Positions 1-11,069 of a DNA stretch of 64,000 nucleotides are shown piece after piece. The notes beneath the pieces are model-generated. The model was not told the origin of the DNA and did no database searches. It saw only the letters and a program-made list of their open reading frames with translations. Numbering within the stretch: the first letter of the stretch is position 1; every line of letters starts with the position of its first letter. The position numbers and the translations under genes were made by a program. The stretch is from an uncultured Methanosarcinaceae archaeon (GTDB taxonomy: Archaea; Halobacteriota; Methanosarcinia; Methanosarcinales; Methanosarcinaceae), in assembly GCA_963721455.1 (NCBI GenBank), contig CAVRJG010000044.1:64001-128000 (forward strand). The letters are read 5' to 3'.

Positions 1-1148
1 CAGAAGAGGGTTTTGAAGAGGAAATCGAGCCCGGTCGGGAGAAGAAAGCTTTTGAAACGTTTCTTGATGAGGAAAATCCCGAAGTCGAACCTGTAGAGAT
101 CAAACCTACAATGACTTCGCCTGAAACTGTCGGGGCAGAAGACAGGAAAAAGGCAGAATACAAGAAAAAACTTGAAGAGAGAAAGAAGGCGGCAGAGAGC
201 AAGCCTGAGGAAGAGAAAGTACCAGAAGAGAAAAAATCTTTTTTCAAAAAGGTCTCGAAGATTGGATTTGCACAGAAAGCAAAAGCCCTGGTCTTTAATA
301 GAGAGGTCTATCTGGATAATAAAGACCTGGAAGAGCCTCTCTGGGAACTTGAAATGGGCCTTCTTGAAAGCGACCTTGCCCTCTCGGTCTCCGAGGCAAT
401 TGTGGAATCCGTGAAAAAACAGCTTACGGGCACTACAAAGCACATTGGCAGCAATACAGGAGAAATCGTAGAGGCAGCCTTGAAAAAAGCCATTCTGGAT
501 GTGGTGTCTGCTAATACCTTTGATTTTGACGAGTATGTAAAAAACAAAGAAAGACCTGTCCATATTGTCTTTGTTGGAATTAACGGAACAGGAAAAACGA
601 CATCTATTGCAAAAATGACGCACAGGCTGCTCAAGTCGGATTACTCAGTCGTTCTGGCTGCAGGAGATACCTTCAGGGCAGGTGCCATTGACCAGCTTGG
701 GATCCATGCAAACAGGCTCGGAGTAAAAATGATCAAGCATCAACCTGGAGCCGACCCTGCAGCAGTCATTTACGATGCCGTCCAGTACGCAAAATCTCAT
801 AAAATCGATTTCGTTCTCTCAGACACAGCAGGCCGTATGCATACGAACCTGAACCTTATGTCACAGATGGAAAAAATCTGCAGGGTAAGCACTCCAGACC
901 TCATAATTTTTGTAGATGAAGCCGTCGCAGGGAATGATGCAGTCGAAAGGGCTGCCCAGTTCAATGAAGCTGTGCCAATTGACGGGTCCATTCTGACAAA
1001 AATCGATGCCGATGCCAAGGGAGGAGCTGCAATATCCATAGCCTATATCACAGGCAAGCCAATTCTGTTTTTTGGGATGGGACAGGGCTATGAGGATTTG
1101 AAAAAGTTCGATCCCGAATGGTTTATAGACCAGCTTTTCAACCAGTAA
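1..1148 (+). CDS. ftsY: Signal recognition particle receptor FtsY (5'-partial; the frame is open from the window start)
   Basis: SRP-GTPase motifs GINGTGKTT, DTFRAGA, DTAGR and TKIDADAKGG; acidic/charged N-terminal region; no in-frame stop upstream of 111. Confidence 0.96.
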   Translation, partial: EEGFEEEIEPGREKKAFETFLDEENPEVEPVEIKPTMTSPETVGAEDRKKAEYKKKLEERKKAAESKPEEEKVPEEKKSFFKKVSKIGFAQKAKALVFNREVYLDNKDLEEPLWELEMGLLESDLALSVSEAIVESVKKQLTGTTKHIGSNTGEIVEAALKKAILDVVSANTFDFDEYVKNKERPVHIVFVGINGTGKTTSIAKMTHRLLKSDYSVVLAAGDTFRAGAIDQLGIHANRLGVKMIKHQPGADPAAVIYDAVQYAKSHKIDFVLSDTAGRMHTNLNLMSQMEKICRVSTPDLIIFVDEAVAGNDAVERAAQFNEAVPIDGSILTKIDADAKGGAAISIAYITGKPILFFGMGQGYEDLKKFDPEWFIDQLFNQ

Positions 1149-1272
1149 AATAGTTCAAGCTTTAAGCTATCAGTAAATAGTGAATCTCCCGAAGTAATTC
1201 GGGAGCGCTATTTCGCGAACTCTGCTACAGGATTGCTGTGGGAAGAAAAAGTTATATTTTCTCAGAGAAGCC

Positions 1273-1461
1273 TCAGGGTTCCTCAGGAATTATAATCCAT
1301 GCTATAATGTAAGCAACCAGGCCGCCTACTCCCGCGCTCACAATAGTAATGAACAACCATAAAAGCCTTACAAGTGTAGGGTCAATTTTAAAGTATTCGC
1401 CTATCCCGCCACATACGCCTGCAACAATCCTGTCCTTCTTTGATCTATATAGTTTATTCAT
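1273..1461 (-). CDS. PspC domain membrane protein
   Basis: KLYRSKKDRIVAGVCGGIGEYF...DPTLVR followed by a TM segment is the typical PspC signature. Confidence 0.9.
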   Translation of the reverse strand: MNKLYRSKKDRIVAGVCGGIGEYFKIDPTLVRLLWLFITIVSAGVGGLVAYIIAWIIIPEEP

Positions 1462-1638
1462 TTGACCACTCCTAATTGTAAAGTGCCTTAATAACCCACA
1501 TATAGATTGCTTATATACGATTTATAAGTAACTCCGGGGATTATGGAGTTTATCGAAAATCCCTGTGTGTTTGCAGGAATGAACTAATTTTCTTCAAAAT
1601 TTTCTTTTTCCATAAAGACGCATCAGACAGGAGAGTTT

Positions 1639-2739
1639 TTAGATATTAACCCACTTGCTGGTTATGTTTTCAGATACCATGTTCTCCCCGAATACCCGCA
1701 CATATATCCTGAAGTTTTCCCCTGCAGGAACAATAAGATTTTTTACAGTGAAATTGTAAACTTCTTCCGGCCCAACCGTTGTGGGAGAATTTTCAACTTC
1801 ATCCCACACGTTAGTTTCATCTGCAGCCTGAAGGGCAACGTAAACAGTTGTATTTTCGGCTATCTCAGAGCCCACGTTTCTTACAGTGACATTAACATCC
1901 ACCGTTCCTTCCTTTTTTGAGTATTCACATTGGGCCTTGAAGTCAAGGCTAATCATGGGTCTCCTGTAGACAGGGATGACCTGTACAGGCTGGCCTGCAT
2001 ATTCGTCAGGAATTTCCCCTATCTGCCAGTTGCTGCCTGTAGTTTCCACATAATAGTAATCACTGCCTTTGTACTCGAAACTTTTGCCTTTTTGTTCAGG
2101 ACCACACTTTATCCCGACAGCCATATGCTCAGGAAGTTCCAGAAGGACAGCATCATAACCCATCTCCTGAAGAATTGCAACGCAGAGAATTGAAGTATCC
2201 TCACAGTCCCCACCGTTTATATAGAGAGTTTCATAAGGGAAACGGGGGTACTGGTCGTAACCCGAACTTGCGAGATCCGAAGTGTAATTTAAGGACTGGA
2301 CAAACGAGATACAAAAGCCCGGAATTTCGCTCTCTTCAAGCTCGCAATCTTTTAAGAGAGAAAATAAAGTATCTGAAATATTCGTGATTAACCAGTCGTC
2401 AGAGGGATCTGAAGCAAACAGGTCATAGTCCCTGTTTCGAGTCCTGGATTCGTATTCATCATAGAGTTCATCATCAAGAGGCAAAGTAAGGTGGCAGCAG
2501 TAACCCTCATAGTCCCATGAGTAAGTTCGGGACTGACTTCCAGAAATAATTGACTCTTCTATAATCGAGGAATTGCAAGGCTCAGAATTTACGGTATCTA
2601 TTCCGACAAAGTTCTCCCCCATATCTGCTATATCTAATATACCGGGATCCCCGGAAGCTTCAAGATAAGGCCAAGAGAATAGAAATTCGGCAAGATAAAT
2701 GAGTAGAAAGAAATAAAGCAAATTGGCTACACTTTTCAT
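1639..2739 (-). CDS. Secreted transglutaminase-like protein with a C-terminal CARDB/Ig-like domain
   Basis: N-terminal hydrophobic segment; PYETL..GGDCED and HMAVG..YYVETT triad motifs; C-terminal VTVRNVG beta-sandwich. Confidence 0.75.
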   Translation of the reverse strand: MKSVANLLYFFLLIYLAEFLFSWPYLEASGDPGILDIADMGENFVGIDTVNSEPCNSSIIEESIISGSQSRTYSWDYEGYCCHLTLPLDDELYDEYESRTRNRDYDLFASDPSDDWLITNISDTLFSLLKDCELEESEIPGFCISFVQSLNYTSDLASSGYDQYPRFPYETLYINGGDCEDTSILCVAILQEMGYDAVLLELPEHMAVGIKCGPEQKGKSFEYKGSDYYYVETTGSNWQIGEIPDEYAGQPVQVIPVYRRPMISLDFKAQCEYSKKEGTVDVNVTVRNVGSEIAENTTVYVALQAADETNVWDEVENSPTTVGPEEVYNFTVKNLIVPAGENFRIYVRVFGENMVSENITSKWVNI

Positions 2740-2776
2740 AAATTATCCCCATCCAGAATTGCATAGTCTATGAGAT

Positions 2777-3760
2777 TCATTCCCAGAGGTCTTCTCTCAG
2801 GTGTGAGTATATCGGGTCAACTTCCATCAGACCTTCCGGATAGGGTTCAAAAAAAGTCTGATTCATAAGGTACTGATCTTCAAAGCGCACGACCCATGAC
2901 CTGATAGTATTAATTGCAGGGCAAAGAGAGGTTTTTCCTTCCCTGTATTTTTGAATCCAGTCAAAAAACAGGTCTTTTTCCCCGTTAGAAAGCTTCTCTG
3001 AAAAATGCCCGAGAGCGTGCATGAGCACATTGATACTTGAAGTGTACCTCGGAGGTTTGGAGAGGGCACTATAAAGACGTTTCTCGTACTCGAAAACCAG
3101 TTCTTGAAAAGATTTTCGTTCTTTATTTGCAACAATCGCTCCCAATTTCCTGAGTTCTGCCTGGCTATATGCCATGAGAAGATACTTATTTTCCGTATGA
3201 AACGCGACAAGGTCTTTCATGCTACCTTCGGATTTCACTTTCCGAAAAGCAGCAAGCGTAAATAGCCTGGTCATAAAATGTTCCTTTATACGGCTATTTC
3301 TTAGCCTTCCTTCGTCTTCGATGGGAAGAGTAGGGAATTTTTTCAAGACTGCTCCCCCGAAATGCCCTGAACTTTTCCCAATTGCCCCTGACTTAATTGC
3401 TGTAGACGAGTAAACTTTTACGTCCTTAAATCCACAGGAAGGAGACCTGGACTTCAGAATAAAGCCGTCAATCTCTCCTGCGGAATCAAGGAAATCAGTA
3501 CAAAAAGCCTTCATAACCTCAGTTACATCCCTGCCGCTCGCGGACTGGACAAGCCGCTGTTCCCCGTTTTCGACAATGATTCTTATCGGATACCTGGGAA
3601 TACCGAGCCCTATCTCCACTTCCGGACAAACAGGCAGGAAATCAACATACTCCCTGAGATTTGCCACTATCGGACTGCTTATCATATCCCCGTTATATCG
3701 GCAGTGATCAAACCCAAGGCACCTACTAACCACGACCTTTGGCCGAACAAAATCCCTCAT
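2777..3760 (-). CDS. DUF523/DUF1722 (YbgA-like; 2-thiouracil desulfurase-type N-terminal domain) protein
   Basis: SRCLG..CRYNG, VCPEVEIGLG.PR and LKSRSPSCG motifs; C-terminal FH..NKYLLMA and N.LMH.LGHF. Confidence 0.88.
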   Translation of the reverse strand: MRDFVRPKVVVSRCLGFDHCRYNGDMISSPIVANLREYVDFLPVCPEVEIGLGIPRYPIRIIVENGEQRLVQSASGRDVTEVMKAFCTDFLDSAGEIDGFILKSRSPSCGFKDVKVYSSTAIKSGAIGKSSGHFGGAVLKKFPTLPIEDEGRLRNSRIKEHFMTRLFTLAAFRKVKSEGSMKDLVAFHTENKYLLMAYSQAELRKLGAIVANKERKSFQELVFEYEKRLYSALSKPPRYTSSINVLMHALGHFSEKLSNGEKDLFFDWIQKYREGKTSLCPAINTIRSWVVRFEDQYLMNQTFFEPYPEGLMEVDPIYSHLREDLWE

Positions 3761-4179
3761 TTAACCCCCATATAAGAAAGAATTTCCAGCATATATCACT
3801 TTCTAGAAGAAAGGCTCAGGACACTCCTTTTTAAAAATAAAGGAGTTAGAGAGTATAGATCTTCCGAAAAAGTTTTTAAAATGATGGATAAAGAAAAATA
3901 AGGAGTTATGAAGGAAAAATGACTCAAAATAGATACACAATACCTGTTTTAGAAAAATAAACTTATAAAAAATAATAATGTTTAAAAAACAGGGTCTCTA
4001 ACAATAGAAACTTCCTGCCCGTTTTTAGGAACAGATATAAGAATAGAATAACTATAAGATAGATTTATGGAGACGGTCAAGAGGAAGGGTAGTGCTTGTA
4101 AGGGTTAAGCCCCCAAAACTCGAAGTCAGTTTCCAGATACCGAAAAAAAACGGCATGGTCTTAAAAAATAGGTGAGAAT

Positions 4180-4869
4180 ATGGTAGAAACCGAGTGTGAA
4201 CAGATACACATGCCTCTGATCGGAGATGACGCGCCCTCGTTTACAGCAGTTACGACTCAGGGACCAATTAATTTCCCTGAAGATTATAAAGGCAAATGGG
4301 TAATACTCTTCAGCCACCCTGCAGACTTTACACCTGTATGTACTACTGAATTCATGACATTTGCGAATATGCAGGAAGAATTCAAAGAAATGAATACTGA
4401 GCTCATAGGGCTCTCGATAGATAGCGTTTTCTCCCATATTGCCTGGCTCAAAAGGATTGAGGAGAAAATTGAATACAAAGGGATGAAAAACGTAGAGGTC
4501 AAGTTCCCGGTGATAGCTGACCTGAAAATGGACGTCGCCAAGAAATACGGCATGGTTCAGCCAAACGCCTCAACAACCCAGGCAGTAAGGGCAGTATTTA
4601 TTATGGATCCTGAGGCAAAAGTCCGGGCAATGCTCTATTACCCGCTATCAGCCGGAAGAAATATGCAGGAAATCAAAAGGCTCGTAATTGCCCTGCAGAA
4701 AAATGAATCCGAAAAAGTTGCAACCCCGGCTAACTGGCAGCCAGGAGATGATGTTATAATTCCTGCACCCAACTCGATGGAAGCAGTAAAAGAAAGGCTT
4801 GGAAATACAGAAGAAGGAATGTACTGCCTCGACTGGTTTTTGTGCCTGAAAAAGGAAAGCAAGAAATAA
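4180..4869 (+). CDS. Peroxiredoxin (Prx6/archaeal type)
   Basis: FSHPADFTPVCTTEF active site; TPANWQPG; C-terminal C.DWF.C. Confidence 0.95.
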   Translation: MVETECEQIHMPLIGDDAPSFTAVTTQGPINFPEDYKGKWVILFSHPADFTPVCTTEFMTFANMQEEFKEMNTELIGLSIDSVFSHIAWLKRIEEKIEYKGMKNVEVKFPVIADLKMDVAKKYGMVQPNASTTQAVRAVFIMDPEAKVRAMLYYPLSAGRNMQEIKRLVIALQKNESEKVATPANWQPGDDVIIPAPNSMEAVKERLGNTEEGMYCLDWFLCLKKESKK

Positions 4870-4957
4870 TCTAAATTATAAAGACCTTTTTTACTTTTTT
4901 AAATTATAATGGGTTTCCCAAATTCGAAGTCCAATCTTCTATAAATATAAGTAGAGA

Positions 4958-5023
4958 GGAATCTCTCACCCCCATAAGAGATCCCCGCGGTGAACCGAAG
5001 AAGGTCTAAGACTCCGCTTCACC
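4958..5023 (-). ncRNA. Candidate structured small RNA (two hairpins)
   Basis: GC-rich island in an AT-rich spacer; stems GGTGAA..TTCACC and GGATCTCTT..GAGAGATTCC; TATA-like TTTTATAC about 20 nt upstream on the minus strand; pyrimidine-rich tail. Confidence 0.4.
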
Positions 5024-5318
5024 AAATTTATCGTAAGCCATGTATAAAAGATGAAAAGATTAAATATGACCCCTGTATCTCCAACTCTACATGCTCAGTG
5101 TTAATTTTATGCAAAAAGAAGAAAGGGGGAACTCATATATAAAATTTACTCAGGATTTGTAATAAATGATCATTATAGTATGGAGAATTGAAGAGAAATA
5201 GCTGAATAAAACCGAAAAAGATGCAAAAAGAGAAGACTGTCTTAAAAGAGAGCTACATCCGGGTAAATTTACTTGCTATAACAGATATAAAAATTAAAAA
5301 ATATAAGAACGGAAAAAT

Positions 5319-6131
5319 TTACTTTTTTCCGAGTTCTTTTGAGCGTTCGCTTGCTCTTATAACTGCATTCATAAATGCAGCCCTGATACCTGCTTCTTCA
5401 AGAGCGTGAATGCCCTGGATGGTAGTCCCCGCAGGAGAAGTAACCATATCTTTGAGTTCTCCGGGATGCATACCTGTTTCAAGCACCATTTTTGCAGCCC
5501 CGAGTACAGTCTGAGCTGCCAGAGTCAGGGCATTTTTCCTGTCCATTCCTTCAAGGACTGCCCCATCAGCCATTGCCTCAATCACCGGAAAGATGAATGC
5601 AGGCCCGCTGCCTGAAAGACCTGTCACAGCATCCATGAGAGACTCAGGCACCTGAACTGCAGTGCCAACTGCAGAGAATATTGCAAGGGCAGCTTTCACG
5701 TCTTCAGGGGTTGCGTTTTTGCCGGGAGAAATTCCTGAAGCAGCTTCGGAAACTGTGGCTGCTATATTAGGCATCACACGTACAACTCTGGTGCCTTCGG
5801 GGAGGGCATCTTCGTAGGTAGAGAGCGGCACACCAGCTGCAATCGAGATCACAAGTTTTTCCGAAGTTATGTAATTCCTCAGATTTGCGAGTACTGAGCC
5901 CATTGTCTGAGGTTTTACCGCAAGGATAAGAATATCGGATGCCTGGACAATAATAGCATTGTCAGTCGATACCCTGATACCCAGCTGTGCTTCCAGGTCT
6001 TTCAGAAAAGGCTCGTACACATCACTTGCACCTATATTCTCAGGTTTCACAATTCCAGCCTTTATAATACCCTGCATGAGAGCAGAGCCCATTTTTCCTG
6101 CTCCGATGAATCCTATGTTTCGGTTTGCCAT
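5319..6131 (-). CDS. proC: Pyrroline-5-carboxylate reductase
   Basis: GFIGAGKMG, AVKPQ, RVMPN, GLSGSGPA and VTSPAGTT motifs; next to proB/proA. Confidence 0.97.
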   Translation of the reverse strand: MANRNIGFIGAGKMGSALMQGIIKAGIVKPENIGASDVYEPFLKDLEAQLGIRVSTDNAIIVQASDILILAVKPQTMGSVLANLRNYITSEKLVISIAAGVPLSTYEDALPEGTRVVRVMPNIAATVSEAASGISPGKNATPEDVKAALAIFSAVGTAVQVPESLMDAVTGLSGSGPAFIFPVIEAMADGAVLEGMDRKNALTLAAQTVLGAAKMVLETGMHPGELKDMVTSPAGTTIQGIHALEEAGIRAAFMNAVIRASERSKELGKK

Positions 6132-6306
6132 ATGTAAATCTCCTAATTTCCAAGATAAGTATTACATCAAGAGGCATTTGCCTCAAAGCTTAACTGCTAT
6201 TAATTGTCGAATAATTTCAAAGGACTTAATAGGATAATAGTAGATTCCAGATCAGAAGAAGCTAATTAGAGCCCTCCGGAAATCCGATATATTTAATTTG
6301 ACATAT

Positions 6307-7464
6307 TTAATTTAATTCTTCCAGTATGCCTACATTTTCTTTTTTTATGACAATATCGTAGTTTTTATAGCCTAGAATACCCTCAATTTCGTTTGTATGG
6401 GCTCCTTTTATTTTCATAAGTTCCTCAGAGGTGTAGTCTGTAATTCCTTTCGCAAAGACCCTGCCTTCACACTCGAGTCTAACCACATCCCCCCTGTCAA
6501 AACTTCCTTCAACCTCTACAATACCTGCCGGAAGAAGGCTGTTTTTCCCGAGAACCGCAGCTTTTGCCCCTGCATCCACACGGACAGTGCCTGAAGCCCT
6601 TGCCAGAATTATCCAGCGGGCACGGTTCTTCTGGATATGCCTTTCAGCCAGGAAAAAGGTTCCGATCTCTTCCCCGGAAAGGACCTTCAGGACCACATTC
6701 TTAATTTCGCTGTTTGCAATCAATACATAGCAGCCTGCCATGCTGCAGATCTTTGCAGCTTTGATCTTGGTCCTCATTCCCCCTACGCCCTTAAAGCTTG
6801 TAGGGTCACCCCCATAACTCTCTATTTCAGGTGTGATCTTTTCCACAAAGGACAGCAATCTGGCGTCACTATGCGTCTTCGGGTTTTTGTCAAAAAGACC
6901 GTCGATATCCGAAAGAATGATAAGGAGATCAGCATCGATTTTGCTTGCAACCATTGCAGAAAGCTTGTCATTGTCTCCGAAGATCGCTTCAATCTCATTT
7001 GTACAGGTACAGTCGTTTTCGTTTATTATGGGAACTATTCCGTATTCCAGAAGGGTGGAGATACTGTTCCTGAGGTTCAGGTAAGATACCCGGTCCGAAT
7101 AGAATTCATAGGTAAGAAGGATCTGAGCGACTTTCATCCCGTACTTTGAAAAAGCTTCGCTCCAGTACTGCATCAGGATGCTCTGTCCGACAGCTGCCGC
7201 TGCCTGCCTTATAGGGATTTCACGGGGTTTTGGGGCAATGCCCAGTTCATAGAGTCCTACGCCTATTGCCCCCGAACTTACCAGAATTACTTCTTTTCCG
7301 CGCCTTCGAAGCTCGGATACCTGGGCTGCGATGCTTTCCATAAAGGTCGGATCAATACTGCAATTTTCCTTTGTACTGTCACAGCCCTGTTTTGTAATCG
7401 AGGAAGTACCGATCTTGATAACGATTTTATTAACATCATTGAGAAATTGTTTTCTATCTGTCAA
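6307..7464 (-). CDS. proB: Glutamate 5-kinase
   Basis: VIKIGTSS, VSSGA, INEND, FGDNDKLSA and GGMRTK motifs; C-terminal PUA domain. Confidence 0.97.
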   Translation of the reverse strand: MTDRKQFLNDVNKIVIKIGTSSITKQGCDSTKENCSIDPTFMESIAAQVSELRRRGKEVILVSSGAIGVGLYELGIAPKPREIPIRQAAAAVGQSILMQYWSEAFSKYGMKVAQILLTYEFYSDRVSYLNLRNSISTLLEYGIVPIINENDCTCTNEIEAIFGDNDKLSAMVASKIDADLLIILSDIDGLFDKNPKTHSDARLLSFVEKITPEIESYGGDPTSFKGVGGMRTKIKAAKICSMAGCYVLIANSEIKNVVLKVLSGEEIGTFFLAERHIQKNRARWIILARASGTVRVDAGAKAAVLGKNSLLPAGIVEVEGSFDRGDVVRLECEGRVFAKGITDYTSEELMKIKGAHTNEIEGILGYKNYDIVIKKENVGILEELN

Positions 7465-7604
7465 TCACAAAGCCTCGTAAGGTATTTTGGAAGTGCGGCT
7501 GAAATAACTCAGAGCCGCAGTCCGGATTTCCACCACTCGCACTCAATTTGTGTTGGTATTTCAATTCAGATATATAAATATATTATAAATATTGGAGGGA
7601 GGCT

Positions 7605-8948
7605 TCAGTCCACATCTTCAAACTTAAGGTCAAGTTTTCTGTGGGTATAGGGTTTTGCATTATCTCCTGCATAGTCTGCAACAACCTGCCCTTTGCCCAT
7701 AAGGATATACTTATAAATCAGCAGCCCTTCCATCCCCACAGGCCCGCGGGAATGGATCTTGTTTGTGCTGATTCCAACTTCAGCACCTTTTCCGTAACGA
7801 TAGCCGTCCGCAAAACGAGTTGAGGCATTTACCATGACACTCGAAGAGTCAACAAGCCCTATGAACTCTTTTCTCCTTGAGGCATTTTCAGTAATTATCC
7901 CATCGGTGTGGTGGGAACCGAAAGTGTTTATGTGTTCAATGGCTTCCTTTATGACATCAACAAGCTTTATGGAAAGGATAAGATCATTGTATTCAAGGCT
8001 CCAGTCCTCTTCAGTAGCCTTCGCAAGAGGAGAAAGTCCTCTTTTTGCAAGCAGGGTATAGCTGTCCTCATCACAGCGCAGTTCAACCCCTGCCCCAATA
8101 TACATTTCTGCCATCTTCGGCAGGAAAGCATCTGCAATCGTGCGGTTCACGAGGAGGGTTTCGATGGCATTGCATACGGCAGGGTACTGCACTTTGGCAT
8201 CGAAGCAAACTTTCCAGGCCGTATCGAGATCCGCATACTCGTCCACGTAGATATGGCAGATCCCGCTAGTGTGTCCGAGTACCGGGATTTTCGTATTGTC
8301 CTGGATAAACTTAACAAACTCATTTGAGCCCCGGGGGATAAGGAGGTCTACGTAGGCGTCAAGACTCAAAAGGTCCATTATCTCCTCTCTGGTTTCCATA
8401 AGCTGGAACGCGCCGGCTGGCATGCCGTCTGTGGATTCAATGGCTTTTACAAGAATATTGAAAATTGCGCGGTTTGACTCTCTTGCCTCGCTCCCGCCTT
8501 TGAAAATGGTCGCATTTCCACTCTTCAGGCAAAGGGACATAACCTGAGGCACTACGTCAGGCCGGGATTCGAAAATAACCCCTATAAGGCCGATTGGACA
8601 GCTTACCTGGTAGAGGATAAGGTCTTTGTCCAGTTCAAGAGTAGAGAGGGTATCTCCTACAGGGTCCCTGAGCTTAACTACATCTCTGATTCCTGCGATC
8701 ATTCCATCGACTTTCGAGTCGCTCACCTTAAGCCTGTCTACAAGGGCCTGAGTGAGCTTCCCTTTTTTTTTCAGTTCCGCTGCGTATTCCAGATCCTTTG
8801 AATTTGCATCCAGAATAGCTTTCCTCTCTTTGTCCAGAGCGCTAGCCATAGCCTCAAGTGCTCGGTTTTTTACTTCCGTACTCACACTGGAAAGCTCAAT
8901 TGACGCTTTTTTTGCCTTTATTACTTTGGTTCTGATATCTTCAGCCAT
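7605..8948 (-). CDS. proA: Gamma-glutamyl phosphate reductase
   Basis: IFESRP, KGGSEA, IPRG, CNAIETLL, NASTRFADG and GISTNKIHSRGPVG motifs. Confidence 0.97.
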   Translation of the reverse strand: MAEDIRTKVIKAKKASIELSSVSTEVKNRALEAMASALDKERKAILDANSKDLEYAAELKKKGKLTQALVDRLKVSDSKVDGMIAGIRDVVKLRDPVGDTLSTLELDKDLILYQVSCPIGLIGVIFESRPDVVPQVMSLCLKSGNATIFKGGSEARESNRAIFNILVKAIESTDGMPAGAFQLMETREEIMDLLSLDAYVDLLIPRGSNEFVKFIQDNTKIPVLGHTSGICHIYVDEYADLDTAWKVCFDAKVQYPAVCNAIETLLVNRTIADAFLPKMAEMYIGAGVELRCDEDSYTLLAKRGLSPLAKATEEDWSLEYNDLILSIKLVDVIKEAIEHINTFGSHHTDGIITENASRRKEFIGLVDSSSVMVNASTRFADGYRYGKGAEVGISTNKIHSRGPVGMEGLLIYKYILMGKGQVVADYAGDNAKPYTHRKLDLKFEDVD

Positions 8949-9906
8949 ATGATCACCGTCTTATGTGACAACCTTTAAATGCTCCAATTCGGTAGCTGAA
9001 CAGCCAAACTTGTTAATTGTATCAATTAATTTACAGGAGATTTGGTATTAATTCGGTACCGGGATATAAGTAATGAGCTTTATTATTGAATTATAGTATT
9101 GAAATCAAACCAGGTATGGAAATCAAAATAAAGATCAATTTATCTTTAAATATTCAGGGATATACTCATAATTCGAAAGAGGTATTAATTCTTCCCGCTA
9201 AATTTAGAAAGTAGGTATGGACGAAAAAAAGAGTACAGACAGTTCTGCAATATCTTTTTTTGTACACTGTTTCGGTATATGATACAGCAAGGTTCTAAAT
9301 AAAAGATACCATTTAATTGAATAATTTTTTAGCCGAAGTGCTATAACCGGACAGGAAAAACTCCAGCTAATTTTATCTGGTTGATATATTCCTGTAGCGC
9401 AAATTTTGTTTAAACATCTTCTCTTTTGAAATTTACCGGAGTTACGGCCTTTAATCCCATTTAAATCGGTTATTAATAATGCAATCTTACGAAATTAGCT
9501 TCTCTAGTTGAGATCATTATAGGAAAATATAATTCAGTTAAAAATTAAACAAAAGGGAGGATCAAAAAGTGTTCATAAAAATAAGATATTATTTCAAAAC
9601 GAATATATATACGATGAATATAACTATAGAATACGCTACTCCATTATCTGGAAGCGAATACTACATCTGAAAAAAGAAATTGCAAGGCACCCTTATAATT
9701 TTTGAAGACCTTTTGCATAAGAGAAAAGATAAATAAGATTTTACGGCCCGGAGACCAGACCATCTGCAGCACCGTAAAAGCTGTTAAGATGCCACTTATG
9801 TTCTGAAAGCCCAGGTCGTCCAGCATCTCTTATACACAAAGATTATTATAGGGGTAGATCTATATCGAAATGGGGATAACTTCAGTATATTGGTGGTGTG
9901 TAAAAA

Positions 9907-10323
9907 ATGAAATCATTCGCATTAGTCCGGGCAGACGACTCGGATAAAGTAAAAATAGCATTACATGATCTGGAACGATATGGACATATTCAATTTTCAG
10001 CAACTCCAAAGTGCATAGAACCAAACTATGCTGATGAGCTTCTTGTTAGTGTAATGGGCGTATCCCTCAAGTCAAAATGTAACTCTGCAGCACTGGTTGA
10101 ATTGAATAATCACGCAGGGGCGGCAATTAGCAGGCTGAAGAAAATTCATCCTCCTGCTCATATAATTATTATCAGTCCAAGACACAAAATGTTTGAAGAA
10201 CTGGCTGGCAAGTTTCCAAAATATCCAGAATTTGACCGGACATTCAATCACCAAAAAGGCCCACAAAGTATGGAAATAATTCAGGAGAAAGGGGAACCTT
10301 CCAATCCCATGCACAAAGAATAA
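9907..10323 (+). CDS. DUF356-like archaeal protein
   Basis: ALVRAD..KVKIAL.DLERY and AI.RLKKIHPPAHIIIIS pattern; GGTGG RBS upstream. Confidence 0.75.
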   Translation: MKSFALVRADDSDKVKIALHDLERYGHIQFSATPKCIEPNYADELLVSVMGVSLKSKCNSAALVELNNHAGAAISRLKKIHPPAHIIIISPRHKMFEELAGKFPKYPEFDRTFNHQKGPQSMEIIQEKGEPSNPMHKE

Positions 10324-10495
10324 AATTTCTTCGCGAATTATTAACATTCATTCTTTAACTTTTTCTTTTTTGTATTGGATAAAAAAGAGAGTTAACTTAT
10401 TATCTGCTTTTCTGTATCTCTTTCTGTGTCTTTTAAAAAGTGTTTCATTTCTTATTTTAGTTAAGTCCCTGAAGATGAGCTTTCGAACCTGACCT

Positions 10496-10939
10496 CTATG
10501 GTAGGTCCTGCTCAAAGCAGGAACCGGTCTTTAATCTCAGCCTGGAAACGTAAGTATACAGGCTTTCCACGTCTTTAATCTCTTTTTGAGATATAAGCCT
10601 CAGTTTATTCCGGATCTGAAGCTCGGGTTTCAGGCCAAAGTTTCCGAAATATTCTGAAAGCTTTACAGCCAGCAGTTCGCCCCGCCTGTCCCAATCTGTT
10701 AATATAACTACTTCACTGCCAAGTCCGGCAATTTTCTCTGAGAAATTAAAAAGAGAGTGTCTGGTTGCAAGTTCAAAATTGCCTTCGATCCCGAGCCTTT
10801 TAAGTGAGAGAATATCTCTTTTTCCTTCCACAATGATAATTGCTCCCCTTCCTGAATACTCTGAAAGCTCGGAGAGCAGCTCTTCAACTCTTTCAAGCCT
10901 TTTTCGGTAAATATCAAGATCGACCACGTTGTTCTGCAA
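10496..10939 (-). CDS. Toprim domain protein (UPF0292-like)
   Basis: IIVEGKRD and ILTDWDRRG Toprim motifs. Confidence 0.88.
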   Translation of the reverse strand: MQNNVVDLDIYRKRLERVEELLSELSEYSGRGAIIIVEGKRDILSLKRLGIEGNFELATRHSLFNFSEKIAGLGSEVVILTDWDRRGELLAVKLSEYFGNFGLKPELQIRNKLRLISQKEIKDVESLYTYVSRLRLKTGSCFEQDLP

Positions 10940-11024
10940 CCTTTGTTTAATTATAATTTTAAGGAGTCTTAATGAAACCGCAACTTTACTTCTGGAGAGC
11001 CGGAAAACTACTCTTTAAATTAGG

Positions 11025-11069
11025 TCCTTTATTAAAATCCTGTATTTCCTTTATTAAAATCCTGTATTT
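11025..11069. repeat. 22-bp direct tandem duplication
   Basis: TCCTTTATTAAAATCCTGTATT occurs twice just downstream of the DUF167 gene. Confidence 0.85.

Noticed and set aside
9644-9826. 60-aa minus-strand ORF in the proA-DUF356 spacer
   Set aside because: No recognisable motif or clear RBS; may be chance or an unidentifiable remnant
10445-10498. Pyrrolysine (UAG) read-through of the Toprim gene
   Set aside because: Read-through adds only about a dozen residues with no recognisable domain; no convincing in-frame UAG gene was seen in the window
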